This document shows positions 47,526-60,913 of a DNA stretch of 64,000 bases, one piece after another; the first letter of the stretch is position 1; each line of letters opens with the position of its first letter. Made by a program: the position numbers and the translations under genes. This DNA comes from Octopus bimaculoides (lineage: Eukaryota): contig NC_068982.1 of NCBI RefSeq assembly GCF_001194135.2, forward strand, positions 186,182,557 through 186,246,556. The letters are read 5' to 3'. The notes under the pieces were generated by a model. It made no database searches, was not told where the DNA came from, and saw only the letters and a list, made by a program, of their open reading frames with translations.

Positions 47526-49306
47526 GTATGTACAGGACTTCCTTTTTGCCGACCCTTTCCTCCCCTCGCCAATTCCTTTCATTGCCTCCATTAGCCCCCT
47601 TGAGGCTAAGTTTTTAAACATTAANNNNNNNNNNNNNNNNNNNNNNNNNNNNNNNNNNNNNNNNNNNNNNNNNNNNNNNNNNNNNNNNNNNNNNNNNNNN
47701 NNNNNNNNNNNNNNNNNNNNNNNNNNNNNNNNNNNNNNNNNNNNNNNNNNNNNNNNNNNNNNNNNNNNNNNNNNNNNNNNNNNNNNNNNNNNNNNNNNNN
47801 NNNNNNNNNNNNNNNNNNNNNNNNNNNNNNNNNNNNNNNNNNNNNNNNNNNNNNNNNNNNNNNNNNNNNNNNNNNNNNNNNNNNNNNNNNNNNNNNNNNN
47901 NNNNNNNNNNNNNNNNNNNNNNNNNNNNNNNNNNNNNNNNNNNNNNNNNNNNNNNNNNNNNNNNNNNNNNNNNNNNNNNNNNNNNNNNNNNNNNNNNNNN
48001 NNNNNNNNNNNNNNNNNNNNNNNNNNNNNNNNNNNNNNNNNNNNNNNNNNNNNNNNNNNNNNNNNNNNNNNNNNNNNNNNNNNNNNNNNNNNNNNNNNNN
48101 NNNNNNNNNNNNNNNNNNNNNNNNNNNNNNNNNNNNNNNNNNNNNNNNNNNNNNNNNNNNNNNNNNNNNNNNNNNNNNNNNNNNNNNNNNNNNNNNNNNN
48201 NNNNNNNNNNNNNNNNNNNNNNNNNNNNNNNNNNNNNNNNNNNNNNNNNNNNNNNNNNNNNNNNNNNNNNNNNNNNNNNNNNNNNNNNNNNNNNNNNNNN
48301 NNNNNNTGGGTTGATACCAAAAGGGTTAATATCGTAAATTTTGCTGAGTTGACATCTCCACTGAACGTAAGATATGGAACTATTTAGAGACATCATAAGG
48401 CATACAACTATTTTATTGCGGTTCGATTAAAACTCTAAAAACAACGCAATTTTTTTTTTTTTGTATTTATGTTTTTCTCCCATCTTATTTACCATTCTAA
48501 ATAAAACATAGCTGGCTGTTTGCCTTGTCAAATGATATCAACCAATACTGTATTATTATTAATCCTTTATATATATATATATATTAACCAAAATGAAATA
48601 GATTGACAAAATTATTTTTTGAACCTGTTGAAGACACAGATAACACTAGATAACAATGGCACTCTTCTTTTAATTTTGATATCATTATTATTATTATTAT
48701 TATCTTTATTATTAATAGTAGTCAGACTAGTAGCTGTAGTATTTTAAATAACTTTTAGTTTGCAAATAGTTGCACCAACTCTAAGTGTTCTGTTCTTTTT
48801 CTCTTTTTTTCTCTCATCAATCATGAAAAAGACAGAGATGTTATTTTTGTTCTTTGGTCTAATTTAAAGCCAAAGTTGACTCAACTTCTTATCTTTCTGC
48901 CAGGATTGATAAAATTAAAACAGCAGTCAAATACGGCCAGAGTTGATTTGTGGCTTTTTACCAATGCAATAAATCAATAAGTGATTCTCGTGCTGTTTGC
49001 TTTGGACATTATGTAAACACTTTTTACAAGTCTAAAAATACTTTTGGCTGTAGTAATTCTTCTTCCAATACTCTGATTAAATCAAACTTGACTCGTTACA
49101 ACTTGTAGAATGAAATCCCTTACTTGGAAAACAGGTTAAGGAACAGCATCCCTCCATAAATTTCTGCTCCCACACACACACACGCATGTATGGATTAGTG
49201 CAGATTACCTGAGACAGAATTTTACAAACAGATGCTCCTCTTTAACTGTACATTACAAATAATGAAAATAGTGTAGCAAATAGTTTCTATCTTTACTTCT
49301 TCTGAG

Positions 49307-49592
49307 GCCAATGAAATAAGGTACTAGTCAATGAAATGAGGTACTAGCCAATGAAATAAGGTACTAGCCAATGAAATATGGTACTTGTCAATGAAATAAG
49401 GTACTAGCCAATGAAATACAGTACTTGTCAAGTCAACGAAATAAGGTATTAGCCAATGAAATAAGGTATTAGCCAATGAAATAAGGTATTAGCCAATGAA
49501 ATAAGGTACTAGCCAATGAAATAAGGTACTAGCCAATGAAATAAGGTACTAGCCAATGAAATAAGGTACTAGTCGATGAACTACGGTACTAG
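49307..49592 (+). repeat. 20-bp minisatellite (GCCAATGAAATAAGGTACTA), about 14 units
   Basis: Contiguous head-to-tail units with point variants. Confidence 0.95.
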
Positions 49593-52500
49593 TTCAAATT
49601 CTGCCAAGTTAGACTTTGCCTTTCATCCTTTCTGGGTCAATAAAACAAGTACCAGTTGAGCACTGGGGTTGATGTAATCAGCTTGCCCCTTCCCTTAAAA
49701 TTGCTGGACTTATGCCAAAATTTGAAATTATTGTTATTATTATTAAGTTTAAATACTGCCAAGGTCAAATTGGCTAGCCTTCCTTTCAGGGTCAGAAAAT
49801 AAAGTACCAGTCGAGTACCGGAATCGGTGTACTCGACTAACACCCACCCCCTCTTAAAACCTTGTGCCATTAANNNNNNNNNNNNNNNNNNNNNNNNNNN
49901 NNNNNNNNNNNNNNNNNNNNNNNNNNNNNNNNNNNNNNNNNNNNNNNNNNNNNNNNNNNNNNNNNNNNNNNNNNNNNNNNNNNNNNNNNNNNNNNNNNNN
50001 NNNNNNNNNNNNNNNNNNNNNNNNNNNNNNNNNNNNNNNNNNNNNNNNNNNNNNNNNNNNNNNNNNNNNNNNNNCAATAATTTCAAATTTTGGCATTTGG
50101 CACAAGTCCAGCAATTATTATTTGAAGCGTTGGATCATCAGAACATTGGGAAAAGTGCCTCATGGTATTTGTTTCGTCTCTCTATGTCCTGAGTTTAAAT
50201 CCCGCCAAGGACAACCTCAAAGTACCAGTCATGTACTGGGATTGGTAGTCTTAATTAATCTCATAATTTAATTCTGTTTAACAACTTTAAAAAGAAAAAC
50301 CAAAAACTAATCTTTATTTGAAATAGTCTCTAAAATAACAATTAGTATAATTCGTTAACATTTAGGTGCAATTAATTAAAGTAACATCTTTTTCTCACAT
50401 ATGTATTATTCGTTGTCGAGCTACAATTATTCTTGTCTTAATAACCCTACACTTAAATAATGGCTAATGCATTTAAATTTGTGTGACTATAATATGGCTA
50501 ACATTATTTAAACAAAATATTGCAGTCCTCTCTCTCTTTCTCTCTCAATATATATGTACAACTGGGTGAAACTTCTATTTGCTGTTGTACCTTTTGAAAT
50601 TTGATTATTTCATCAACAAGCAATAATCTTCTGTACAAAACTGATAAAACTGATAAAAAAATTATTAGATGACGGACACATCAGAATTCCTGTAAAAATG
50701 GTTTTACAATTTACTTGCTTTTTTTTCTTTTACTTCCTTAATAAAACCAGTCTTTTGGGTTTACCATTACACATTCTGTGAAACACAAACATCATAGCTT
50801 TTTATATATAACGGTTGCACCAGGTAATGTGGTTTTAATTCGATTTGGTAAGGTCTGAAATAAAATTTTATGCGTTTAAGGTTTGTATAGTGAATTTGTG
50901 AACTGCGTGTACAACTGAATCTTGTATAATTTTCTATTTGTATATTTTAAAAAAATATTTTAAAATCATATTAAAAAGAAATGTTTTTGCATATTTTTTT
51001 ACAACCTTCAATCACGAAATTGGAATTTTTTATAATTTTTTTTCCCCCACCCAAATTTTGTGTAAAATTTAAAATTTTATTACTGTACTTCCTTTTTTTT
51101 TTTCTTCTTACCTTGAAAGAGTCAGTTGTACATATAGTTACATTTCCACTCGAAATATTGATTATGTTTTCAATGCTGCAGCAGTTACATATCTTTAGGC
51201 AAACAAATAAAAAATACAAGACTTTTTTTTTTTACTCTTTTTTTAACTTTTTTTTTGAAGTTTTTTTCTTATTTATTTTTATCAGTTTTCCTGCTGAAAA
51301 CTATATTTTTTTCCTAAAACAATTCTAATTATATATAAAGTGACATGATGAATAAATATCTTGCTATTTATTCCATGGTGATGTGTTTAGTCATTTCAAA
51401 AAACACACCAACTGACATATCTGGAATATTATATATATACACATTTAAGTGTGTATAAATATACAGAAATATATTTAAGCTTGTTAGTCATCATCAAATG
51501 ACTTTTGTGATATGAAGAAAAAAATTCCTGTCAGTAAATTTTGAATTATTCCAAAACAAGGAAGCAATTTTAAAAATAATTGTTTTATTGAATACGTCTA
51601 TCAATGCCATATATTGCTTGGTAGTTAATTTTTGAAATTCTTTCAATGAGAATTTAATCTAAAACCATTTCATTTCATTTGTTGCCTGGAGATATAAACC
51701 CTGCAGTATAAATTGACTAAAGTTTATGCCTACACTGAATAATTACTTCTTCACACCAATGCCATAGACATTAAAGAGTCTTGAGGTGTTAAGATTTAAT
51801 TAATTTCAGTCTCAATGTATTATAAAGTATTAATTTATTTTCCTAGCTTGGAATTTTATTAGTAAATTAGTTCCATAATTTAGCCATTTGAAGTTGTTGT
51901 AAAAATGTCTTTCCTACAGATTTTTTCATGTAAAAATCTAATTTTTTTAATTAAAAATTGAGGACGTGTGACATTGTATATAAATTAAGTCGTTAGTTGT
52001 TAAGTTGTATATAATGTTAATTGGTTATTTATAGACACTCTGTGCTGAACAATCTCTTGGTAATTATTTCAAATACCTGGTGCAACAAGAAAAAAATATG
52101 TTCCAAGTGAAATTCTATAAAAAAAAATATTTCCTCTCCCCCACTCCCCAACATTTGCTCCCAAATCTTGACCTGCCCAAGGTTGATATATATGTCTACA
52201 ACCCAAATTGAAAATGTCCTCATTGTTCCATTCTGTTAAATACATGTATACTATGGTCAATAGTAGTTATAGTATTAGGTGTGAATGATTGCTGTCTGTT
52301 GTATATAAAAATACCAGTTCATTTAAATAACAGTGAAAAATTGTGTGAAAACATTTTCAAAATTTCCTTTTTCTTATTTTTGTAATTTCATTCTATAGTT
52401 AAAAAGAGAAAGAAAATTTAAGAAACCAGTTTTACATAATTGGGAAAATATATATATATTTGTAAAAATAATGGTTTTATTTTTTTATTTTCTGGAATCC

Positions 52501-53702
52501 AAATGAACTGCTATTTGAATGACATTGTTTTTTTCTGAATGAATGGATTTTGAATGCAAGATTTAGGTTGTTGACTTCAGTTTTGGTGCTGACATTCAGT
52601 TTCTTGCAGATGAGAGGATTTTGGCCAACACCAAGCTGGTGATCACACTGGCGACGCCACGGCTACTGAAGTTTCCTGGCATATTTGTATCCAACATGAG
52701 GTGCCAACCTGTAAAATATCATTTCTCCTCCTCCTTCTATACCTATCTTGTGTTCAAATTTTATCCTTTCATTAAAATTTTAATATCATATAAGCTATTT
52801 TTTTTTTCCATATATATTTTTTTAAATATAGTTTTCAAATAAGTTTAACCATTTTTTTCTTGTCATTTACATTTTTTTTCAAACTAAATATACACTTCCT
52901 TGATATATAAATATATATAACTCATCAATAAATTTATTATAATCCCATTGTTTTATCAAATTTTTCCTGGGATAAATTTTTGAGAGTAGATTTAGAAAAA
53001 TCCCCATTATCTTGTCAACAAAATTAGTTTCACTAATAAATAGTATTTTAAGATGAAATTATTATTTCTAAGAATTCAAATCTATAGTAATTTTTTAAGA
53101 CTAATCTCAGAAGAATCTCTATAACTTGTAAGCAAAATTAATGTTTCACTAATAAACAGTATTTTAGGATAAAACTAAATTCTAGGCATCCATGTGATTA
53201 TTTATAAAATTAATCAGCATACTCCATTGATAATTTTTAAAGTTACTCCTTATTACATCTTATATAAAATATTTTAAAACCTCATTTGTTTGCTCATAAT
53301 TTTAATTAATAATAATGACCTTAATTTCCATTATTTATGGAATGTTAACTTTACAACATGTCTTTAACAAGGTCATTTGCCACATTCTTCAATGCCTGCC
53401 TGTTCCAAATTGTTGACATTTCACTGGGTTTTTTCCACTGACCATAGAACTTTAGAAGAATTTTCATCTGGGTCACAGGTGGTGTTCTTAACATTTTCCC
53501 AGTGAATTTACTGGTTGTTTGTCAACAGCAATTAATATTGGTTGGTCTTTGGTTGTATTGATTGAATAACATTCGCATCAGAAATGAACTTGTGGCATTC
53601 TCGCAACAGAATTTTTTTGTCGTTTTGCATAATAAAAGTAGTAATAAGAAGAAGAAGGAAAAAAAGAACAATGATAATGATGACACTAATAATCCTACTG
53701 TA

Positions 53703-54460
53703 GGCACAAAGCCTGATGTTTTAGGGGGAAGGAGTTAGTTGATTGCATTGACCCCAGTGGTTAACTGGTACTTATTTCAACTTTAAGTCAAGCTCAGGAG
53801 AATTTGAACTCAGAATGTAAAGACAGACAAAATGTCTCATCAAAATGCTTAGCACCGCCATTTCATCCATCTTTATATTCTGTATTGAAAATACCATTGA
53901 GGTCAACTTGGCCTTTCATTGTTTTGGGGGTCAATGAAATAAGTGCCTGTTGAGTACTTGGTCAACATAATCAACTAGAACCCTCCCCAAAAATTTCAAG
54001 CCTTATGCCTAGAGTAGAAAAGATTAATATCATTATTATTATTGAAGGTGCCAAGCTGCCAGAATCATTAGCATGCAGGGAAAAATGCTTAGCAGTATTT
54101 CATCTGGAGCTACGTTCTGAGTTCAAATTCCACCAAGGTCAACTTTTCCTTCCATCCTTTTAGGGTTGATGAAATCAACTTGACCACTCCCCCAAAATTG
54201 CTGCCCTTGTGGCAAAATTTGAAACTATTATTATTATTATTGAAGGCGGCGAGCTGCCAGAATCGTTAGCACGCTGGGCAAAATGCTTAGTGGTACTTCA
54301 TTTATCTTTACGTTCTGAGTTTAAATCCCGCCATGGTCAAACTTTACCTTTCATCCTTTCAGAATCGATGAATTAAGTACCAGTTGACTACTGGGGTCAA
54401 TGTCATCTGTTTCTCTCCCCAGAAAATCCAGGCCTTATGCCTATAGTAGAAAGGATTATT
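53703..54460. mobile_element. Cluster of four MetaSINE-like copies (one minus, three plus) separated by (ATT)n
   Basis: Approximate copies 53703-53850(-), 53861-54022, 54043-54228 and 54242-54457. Confidence 0.8.
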
Positions 54461-54907
54461 ATTATTATTATCATTAGCTCTACATTAGAACACTACTTCA
54501 TTCTATTGGATTCAATATGTTTAGTTTGATCGTTAAATACTAACAATTGTCTAAGTGTTATAATTACTGGTAAATATTAATATTTAAAGCTTATGGGTTC
54601 ACTCTGATTAAAATATGTTGCCAAATAGCTCTTCTGCAGATCTATTACATCTAGTAAGTAATAATGTTAGTGGGATTTTTTTTAAGTGGACATAATGGTT
54701 GATAATAATAGTAATAAAATAATGATGGTGATGCTAATAGTGAAATTAAAACTCATTGTTTTATTTGTTCTGAACTGTTCTTAGAATTTTAGAAAACCTT
54801 GACATAATTCCTTAAATTGATAAGTTTATAATTTTTTGAAATATTTTTTGTTAACATTTAAATTAATCATCTAAAGCAAATCTTGAAATTAGCAATTTGT
54901 CTTCCTT

Positions 54908-54960
<53 letters not shown>

Positions 54961-56699
54961 CACACACATACTCTCTCTTTCTCTCATATCTAAGCACCCA
55001 CCCACCCACACACACATGCACACACATGTAGTATCCACAAGCATTGCACATACAGTATTTAGTGGGGCAGTTTATTTTGTTTATTATGAATGTCATGTAA
55101 TTCAAAGTTGATATTGAATATAAATTTTGTAGTTCTTAGAACTATTCTTTAAGGCGGTGAGCTGGCAGAAATGTTAGCATGCTGGGCGAAATGCTTAGCG
55201 GTGTATTTCGTCTGCCGCTATGTTCTAAGTTCAAATTCCGCCGAGGTCGGCTTTGCCTTTCATCCTTTCAGGGTTGATAAATTAAGTACCAGTTACGCAC
55301 TGGGGTAGATGTAATCGACTTAATCCCTTTGTCTATCCTTGTTTGTCCCCTCTAGCCCCTTGTGGGCAATAAAGAAATAAGAATTATTCTTGTCATCATC
55401 ATCCTTGTCTTAAATTCCACTTTCCCATGCTCACATGGGTTGAACAGAATTAATTAGGACTGATTTTCTATGGCTGGATAGATACCCTTCCAGTCGCCCG
55501 CTCCCCTTGTTTCTAAGCAAAGTAATGTCTTCCATGGCCAGACATCTTTCCAAGGAAGACTAGCAACGGACACTGCCTATATGACAATGGCTGTCATTTA
55601 CAACCATCACATGATGTCAAAGCAAGGAAACAGTAACACATCCAGGGCAGGCTGTCAGTTTCCATCTACAAAATCCAATCACAAGGCTTTTGGTCAGTTT
55701 GGGGCCGTAGTGGAAAACACTTGACCAAGGTGCCATGCAGTAGCATTGAACCAAAAATCAAATGGTTAGGAAAGCAAACTTGTTAGCCATACAGCCACAC
55801 TTGCATTCCTCAAATACAATTGCTATGTAAGTAAATCTGGTATCAAAATCGATGACCAACCAGTGGGAGATAAATCCCAAGATAAGTTCTACGAACATCT
55901 ATTAGTAATATATATACATATATATACATACATACATTATATACATACTTTTATTCTTTAACTTCTTTTGGTCATTTGAGTGCAGCCATGCTGGAGCACC
56001 ACCTTGAAGGGTTTTAGTTGAACAAATTGATCCTAGGACTTGTTTCTTAAGCTTAGTACTTATTTTATCAGTCTTTTTTGCCTAATTACTAAGTTACATG
56101 AACATAAACACACCAACAAGGGTTATCAAGCAGTGATGGGGGAACAAACACACATATACACAACAAGCTTCTTTCAGTTTCCATCTACCAAATCCACTCA
56201 CAAGGCTTTGGTTGACCCGAGACTATAGTAGAAGACACTTGCCCAAGGTGTCATGCAGTGGGACTGAACCTGGAGCCATGGGGTTGGTAAGCAAGCTCCT
56301 TACCACACGGCTATGCCAGATGCATATTTATAACTAAACTGTTACAGTCAACAGCTATTCGTTACAGTTTAAAGGTTTTGATTTGTAAAACCAATGGAAA
56401 CAGAACTAATAATACTCTTGTTACCAGTTTCTGTACCTCTGGGCCAATGTTCATGAATGGTGGAAGACAAAAGACTGCTTTGGTACCAGAATTGCAGGTG
56501 CTGGCACCATCACTCTGCCAGCATCAGCATTCTATCCTTTGAAGAGGAGAGGTTCTACCGAGGTTGACTTTGCCTTTCATCCTTTCGGGGGTCAATAGAT
56601 TATGTACCAGTTGCATACTGGGGCAGTCTAATTGACTGGCCCCCTCCCCCAAAATTTCGGGCTTTGTGCCTAGAAAAGAAAAAAAAACAGAGGAGAAGT

Positions 56700-57000
56700 T
56701 GGTAAAAAATGCCAAACTCAATTCGGTATTCATGCCTTTCCTCACCTATATTCAATGAATGTTGGCTAATGACCAAAATGGAATAATATTACTCAACAAG
56801 TTGTACCTCAGAGATCTGGGCTCTCTCTTTAGGTTGAGCTACTACTTCCGCTGCATTGAGACGTCACAAGCTCCAGTACTACGGACATACGATAGCTGTT
56901 ATAAGGAAGAATTGCAAACCGAATTCTTCAAGCTAACCCAACTGGCAGAAGACCAAAGGAGTAAACTAAGGACAAGAGGGTTGATTAATATCCAAGTCTC
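56700..57000 (+). mobile_element. Decayed CR1/L2-like ORF2 fragment
   Basis: LRDLGSLFRL..RTYD..EFFKL..RTRG resembles the LINE C-terminal region. Confidence 0.45.
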
Positions 57001-57599
57001 GTTTGGTCACACTGAATCATCATCAACGTCCGCTTTTCCATGCTGGCATGGGTTGAGCGGTTTGACTTAGAACTGGCAAGCCAGGAGGCTGCACCAGGCT
57101 CCAATCTGATGTGGCAAGGTTTCTACAGCTGGATGCCCTTCCTAACGCCAACCACTCTGAGAGTGTAGTGGGTGCTTTTTACGTGCCACCAGCAGGGGAG
57201 ACAGTCGGGTGGGACTGTGTGTGTGTGTATATATATATATATATGCATGCATGTGTATGTATGCATATGTATGTGCATTTTTCTATTTGTGCCCCACCAC
57301 CACTTAACAGATTTTAAGACATAAATATTGGGATCAATCTGTTTGGCTACAACTTTTCAAGGCAGTGCCCCAGCCTGGCCGTAGTTCACTAACTGAAACA
57401 AAAAACAGATGCAAGATATACAAACCCAGTCTGAAAGTCTAAGCTTTCTGGATAGTGTCTGCCTTTACTTAAATACATTTATGTATCTTCATAATAGATC
57501 TATGTATGTGTAAATACCTACACACATTGCCATTGTATGTAAGATCGCGTGCACACACACACACACGTTATATAGATATAACTTTTATACATATATCAA

Positions 57600-57651
<52 letters not shown>

Positions 57652-57839
57652 ACACACAAATTGAATATTCTTGACTTTGCTAATTTCATTTTTGCAACAT
57701 GCTCTCTGCCCCTATATATATATACACACACAAACATTTTCTTCAAAAAACTATTGTTACTATTTCTCACATGTTTGTTGTTTCTTTTTTTTTTTTTTCT
57801 TGAATAGATTTTTTGATCTTGTGTATTCTTATCTTTTAG

Positions 57840-57923
57840 GTGCCAGTGGTGGCCTTGGGTTCTATGCTCTAGTAGGCAGAAGATTCCCTAGTCTCTTAAG
57901 ACATGGTTTAGGTATACCACTTG
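57840..57923 (+). CDS. Small membrane protein, exon 3 (GASGGLGFYALVGRRFPSLLRHGLGIPL)
   Basis: tcttttag acceptor, gtaagt donor, 84 nt, phase 1 to 1. This is the only open frame of the three. Confidence 0.75.
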
Positions 57924-58379
57924 GTAAGTAGACTCTTGCTCCAAACCATTTCTTTCTAATTTAGATCATTTTAACCCTTTTGTTACCATATTCCTGTTGA
58001 AATACACTGCTTTCGTCATCATCGTTTAACATCCGTTTTCCATGCTGGCATGGGTTGGACGATTTGATTGAGGCCTGGAGAGCCAGTGGCTGCTCTAGGA
58101 TATAATTTGATCTGGCAATGTTTCTACAGCTGTAGTAGAAGACGCTTGCCCAAGGTGCTTTGCAGTGGCACTGAACCCGGAACCAGGTGGTTGGTAAGCA
58201 AGCTACTTACCACACAGCCACTCTTAATATATAATTTCAAAAATTAATCCAACATGCAACAAGTTAGACACCTTGTTTTAGTGATATTAACCTCCTGTTT
58301 AGCTTATTGTTTTCTGTATTTTATTTCAAATAAAATTGGAGTTGTTAATTAATATTTTGTTTTTATTTTTTTCCTTCAG

Positions 58380-58462
58380 CATTTGGAGGGGCGGCTGCCG
58401 TCGGGACCTACCTGGCTGCTAACAATGTCACGCCGCGTGATATCAAGAGAGCATATTTCCGA
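58380..58462 (+). CDS. Small membrane protein, exon 4 (AFGGAAAVGTYLAANNVTPRDIKRAYFR)
   Basis: Long pyrimidine tract plus ccttcag acceptor, gtatgt donor. GC-rich island in AT-rich flanks, phase 1 to 0. Confidence 0.75.
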
Positions 58463-59790
58463 GTATGTACTTTATTTATTTCAGTGTCATTGTCATAAAA
58501 TGTGGAGATTATTTTAATTTCATTAAAGAAATTTACTTTCATTTTCATAAATATACATGTGTATGTATGAATGTATACATACATGTATATGTGTATCTGT
58601 GGTTGTGTGTGATATATTATATATATATATCATCATCGTTTAACGTCCGCTTTCCATGCTAGCATGGGTTGGATGATTTGACTGAGGACTGGTGGACCAG
58701 GTGGCTACACCAAGCTCCAATCTGATTTGGCAGAGTTTCTACAGATGGATGCCCTTCCTAATGCCAACCACTCCGAGAGTGTAGTGGGTGCTTTTACGTG
58801 CCACAGGCACGAAGGCCATTCAGGCGGTACTGGCAATGACCATGCTCAAAATGGTGTATTTTACGTGCCACCTGCACAGGAGCCAGTCAAGCAGCACTGG
58901 CAACGATCTTGCTCGAATATATATATACATACACACATATATATATATATATANNNNNNNNNNNNNNNNNNNNNNNNNNNNNNNNNNNNNNNNNNNNNNN
59001 NNNNNNNNNNNNNNNNNNNNNNNNNNNNNNNNNNNNNNNNNNNNNNNNNNNNNNNNNNNNNNNNNNNNNNNNNNNNNNNNNNNNNNNNNNNNNNNNNNNN
59101 NNNNNNNNNNNNNNNNNNNNNNNNNNNNNNNNNNNNNNNNNNNNNNNNNNNNNNNNNNNNNNNNNNNNNNNNNNNNNNNNNNNNNNNNNNNNNNNNNNNN
59201 NNNNNNNNNNNNNNNNNNNNNNNNNNNNNNNNNNNNNNNNNNNNNNNNNNNNNNNNNNNNNNNNNNNNNNNNNNNNNNNNNNNNNNNNNNNNNNNNNNNN
59301 NNNNNNNNNNNNNNNNNNNNNNNNNNNNNNNNNNNNNNNNNNNNNNNNNNNNNNNNNNNNNNNNNNNNNNNNNNNNNNNNNNNNNNNNNNNNNNNNNNNN
59401 NNNNNNNNNNNNNNNNNNNNNNNNNNNNNNNNNNNNNNNNNNNNNNNNNNNNNNNNNNNNNNNNNNNNNNNNNNNNNNNNNNNNNNNNNNNNNNNNNNNN
59501 NNNNNNNNNNNNNNNNNNNNNNNNNNNNNNNNNNNNNNNNNNNNNNGTCATACAGCTTTAAAAGCAGGAAATGCTGGCACACAGCAGCTGCTGAATCATT
59601 TTTTTTAATGTAATTATTTATAAAATAATTAATGCAATGATTGGAGACTAAAAATTCAGCAACTTGCGGGTGTTTCCACTGCACAGAAACAATTGTAGTT
59701 TGTAATTAAAGATTGCTTATTCCATTTTTTTGTTGTATAAATTTATATATGTATATATTACATTTCTGTCTTTTTGTCTCTTTTCTCTAG

Positions 59791-59802
59791 CTCAAGACGT
59801 GA
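59791..59802 (+). CDS. Small membrane protein, predicted terminal exon (LKT*), followed by 3'UTR
   Basis: Strong acceptor tttttgtctcttttctctag. An unseen exon in the 58954-59546 gap could change the frame. Confidence 0.5.
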   Translation, partial: LKT

Positions 59803-60710
59803 ATTTGTCGGAAGTAAACCTAACATTCCATCCAAAAACGATCTTCCAAGATGAAGACCCTACGGGTTTCATAGATAGACCTTAAAACCTTGCATCATAA
59901 CATATTCCTGAATTGACCAGTCAAAATTTTGGAGACAGCCTCTGTGCTAGTCAGACCTTCTTTAAGTTTTGAAATATATTTTTGTTAACGATGTTGGGGA
60001 GGTGCTGTTTATGGAGCTGGAGAGATTAATGTGTGAGGTTTACTTCTAGATTTTTGTTTGTGTAACTACAGCGCTAGTCAGTTATTCAAAACCTGCAGAG
60101 AAGTCAACCATAGCTTTCATTGGGACTGTGTGCAAATTATCTTAAAAGACATTCTTTCATTATTAAAGATGTTATTTTGGGATGAAACTTTGCATAAGAC
60201 ATTGAAGTGCCAAACTTGATACCCAAGGATAAAACATTGTATTCTTCCAACAAATTTAGGCAGATTTTTTTTTTCTGTTTGTTTTTTAAGTTAATATGAA
60301 TTTAATTATTTAAATTTTTTAAAAATCAAATAGTTATTATAGAAGAAAGCTTCGGAGCGAGAGATTGGTGAAGAAATGTTTTGGAGCTTTTCATTTTAGG
60401 AAGTTAATAACATTGGACATTGAGGACAAACAAGCTCTTGTTCATTCATTAATTACCATCTTGTATCTTGGTTATTTAATTATCAAGTCTCATTTCTAGC
60501 TCTAGTTTTATCATCATTATCATTAACCATTATCAGGAACCATTATATTTCATTGATAATATATATGGTTTGTTACACAGATTCCTAAATTAATATTGGA
60601 AGAATACAAAACTAAATTGCTGACAAAATAAACACTTAAAATATTGAATTTCTTTTGTATTTTTTATTTCTTTCATAAAAGCAATATTTGTCATTCTCAT
60701 TCTCATTTAA

Positions 60711-60913
60711 CCCTTTTGATACCAACCTACCCAGGGCTGTTTGTTCTATGATAAAAACTTCTTATTTTAAAGTGATCTAAATTAAAACTATTCATCAAAT
60801 TTTTATGTTCCAAATATCAACTAAATAATGGCAGTTATTTTACTGAATTCTTCAATAATTTCAAAATTAAGTCAAAAGCCATACAATTCTATAGAAATAT
60901 GGTATCAAAAGGG
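60711..60913. mobile_element. TTAA-flanked piggyBac-type MITE (203 bp)
   Basis: TTAA|CCCTTTTGATACCA ... TGGTATCAAAAGGG|TTAA. Related ends lie near 11880, 20115, 48315 and 57973. Confidence 0.85.

Noticed and set aside
49307-49592. CRISPR-like regular repeats
   Set aside because: Units are contiguous with no unique spacers, and the context is eukaryotic; it is a minisatellite.
53350-53635. Protein-like frames on both strands
   Set aside because: Multiple stops, no consistent splice sites and no recognisable motif.
56413-56555. Open frame ..WWKTKDCFGTRIAGAG.. as a DMAC1-like or alternative exon
   Set aside because: The donor (gtgctg) is non-consensus, the DCxxCR motif is not matched, and the frame runs into a SINE.
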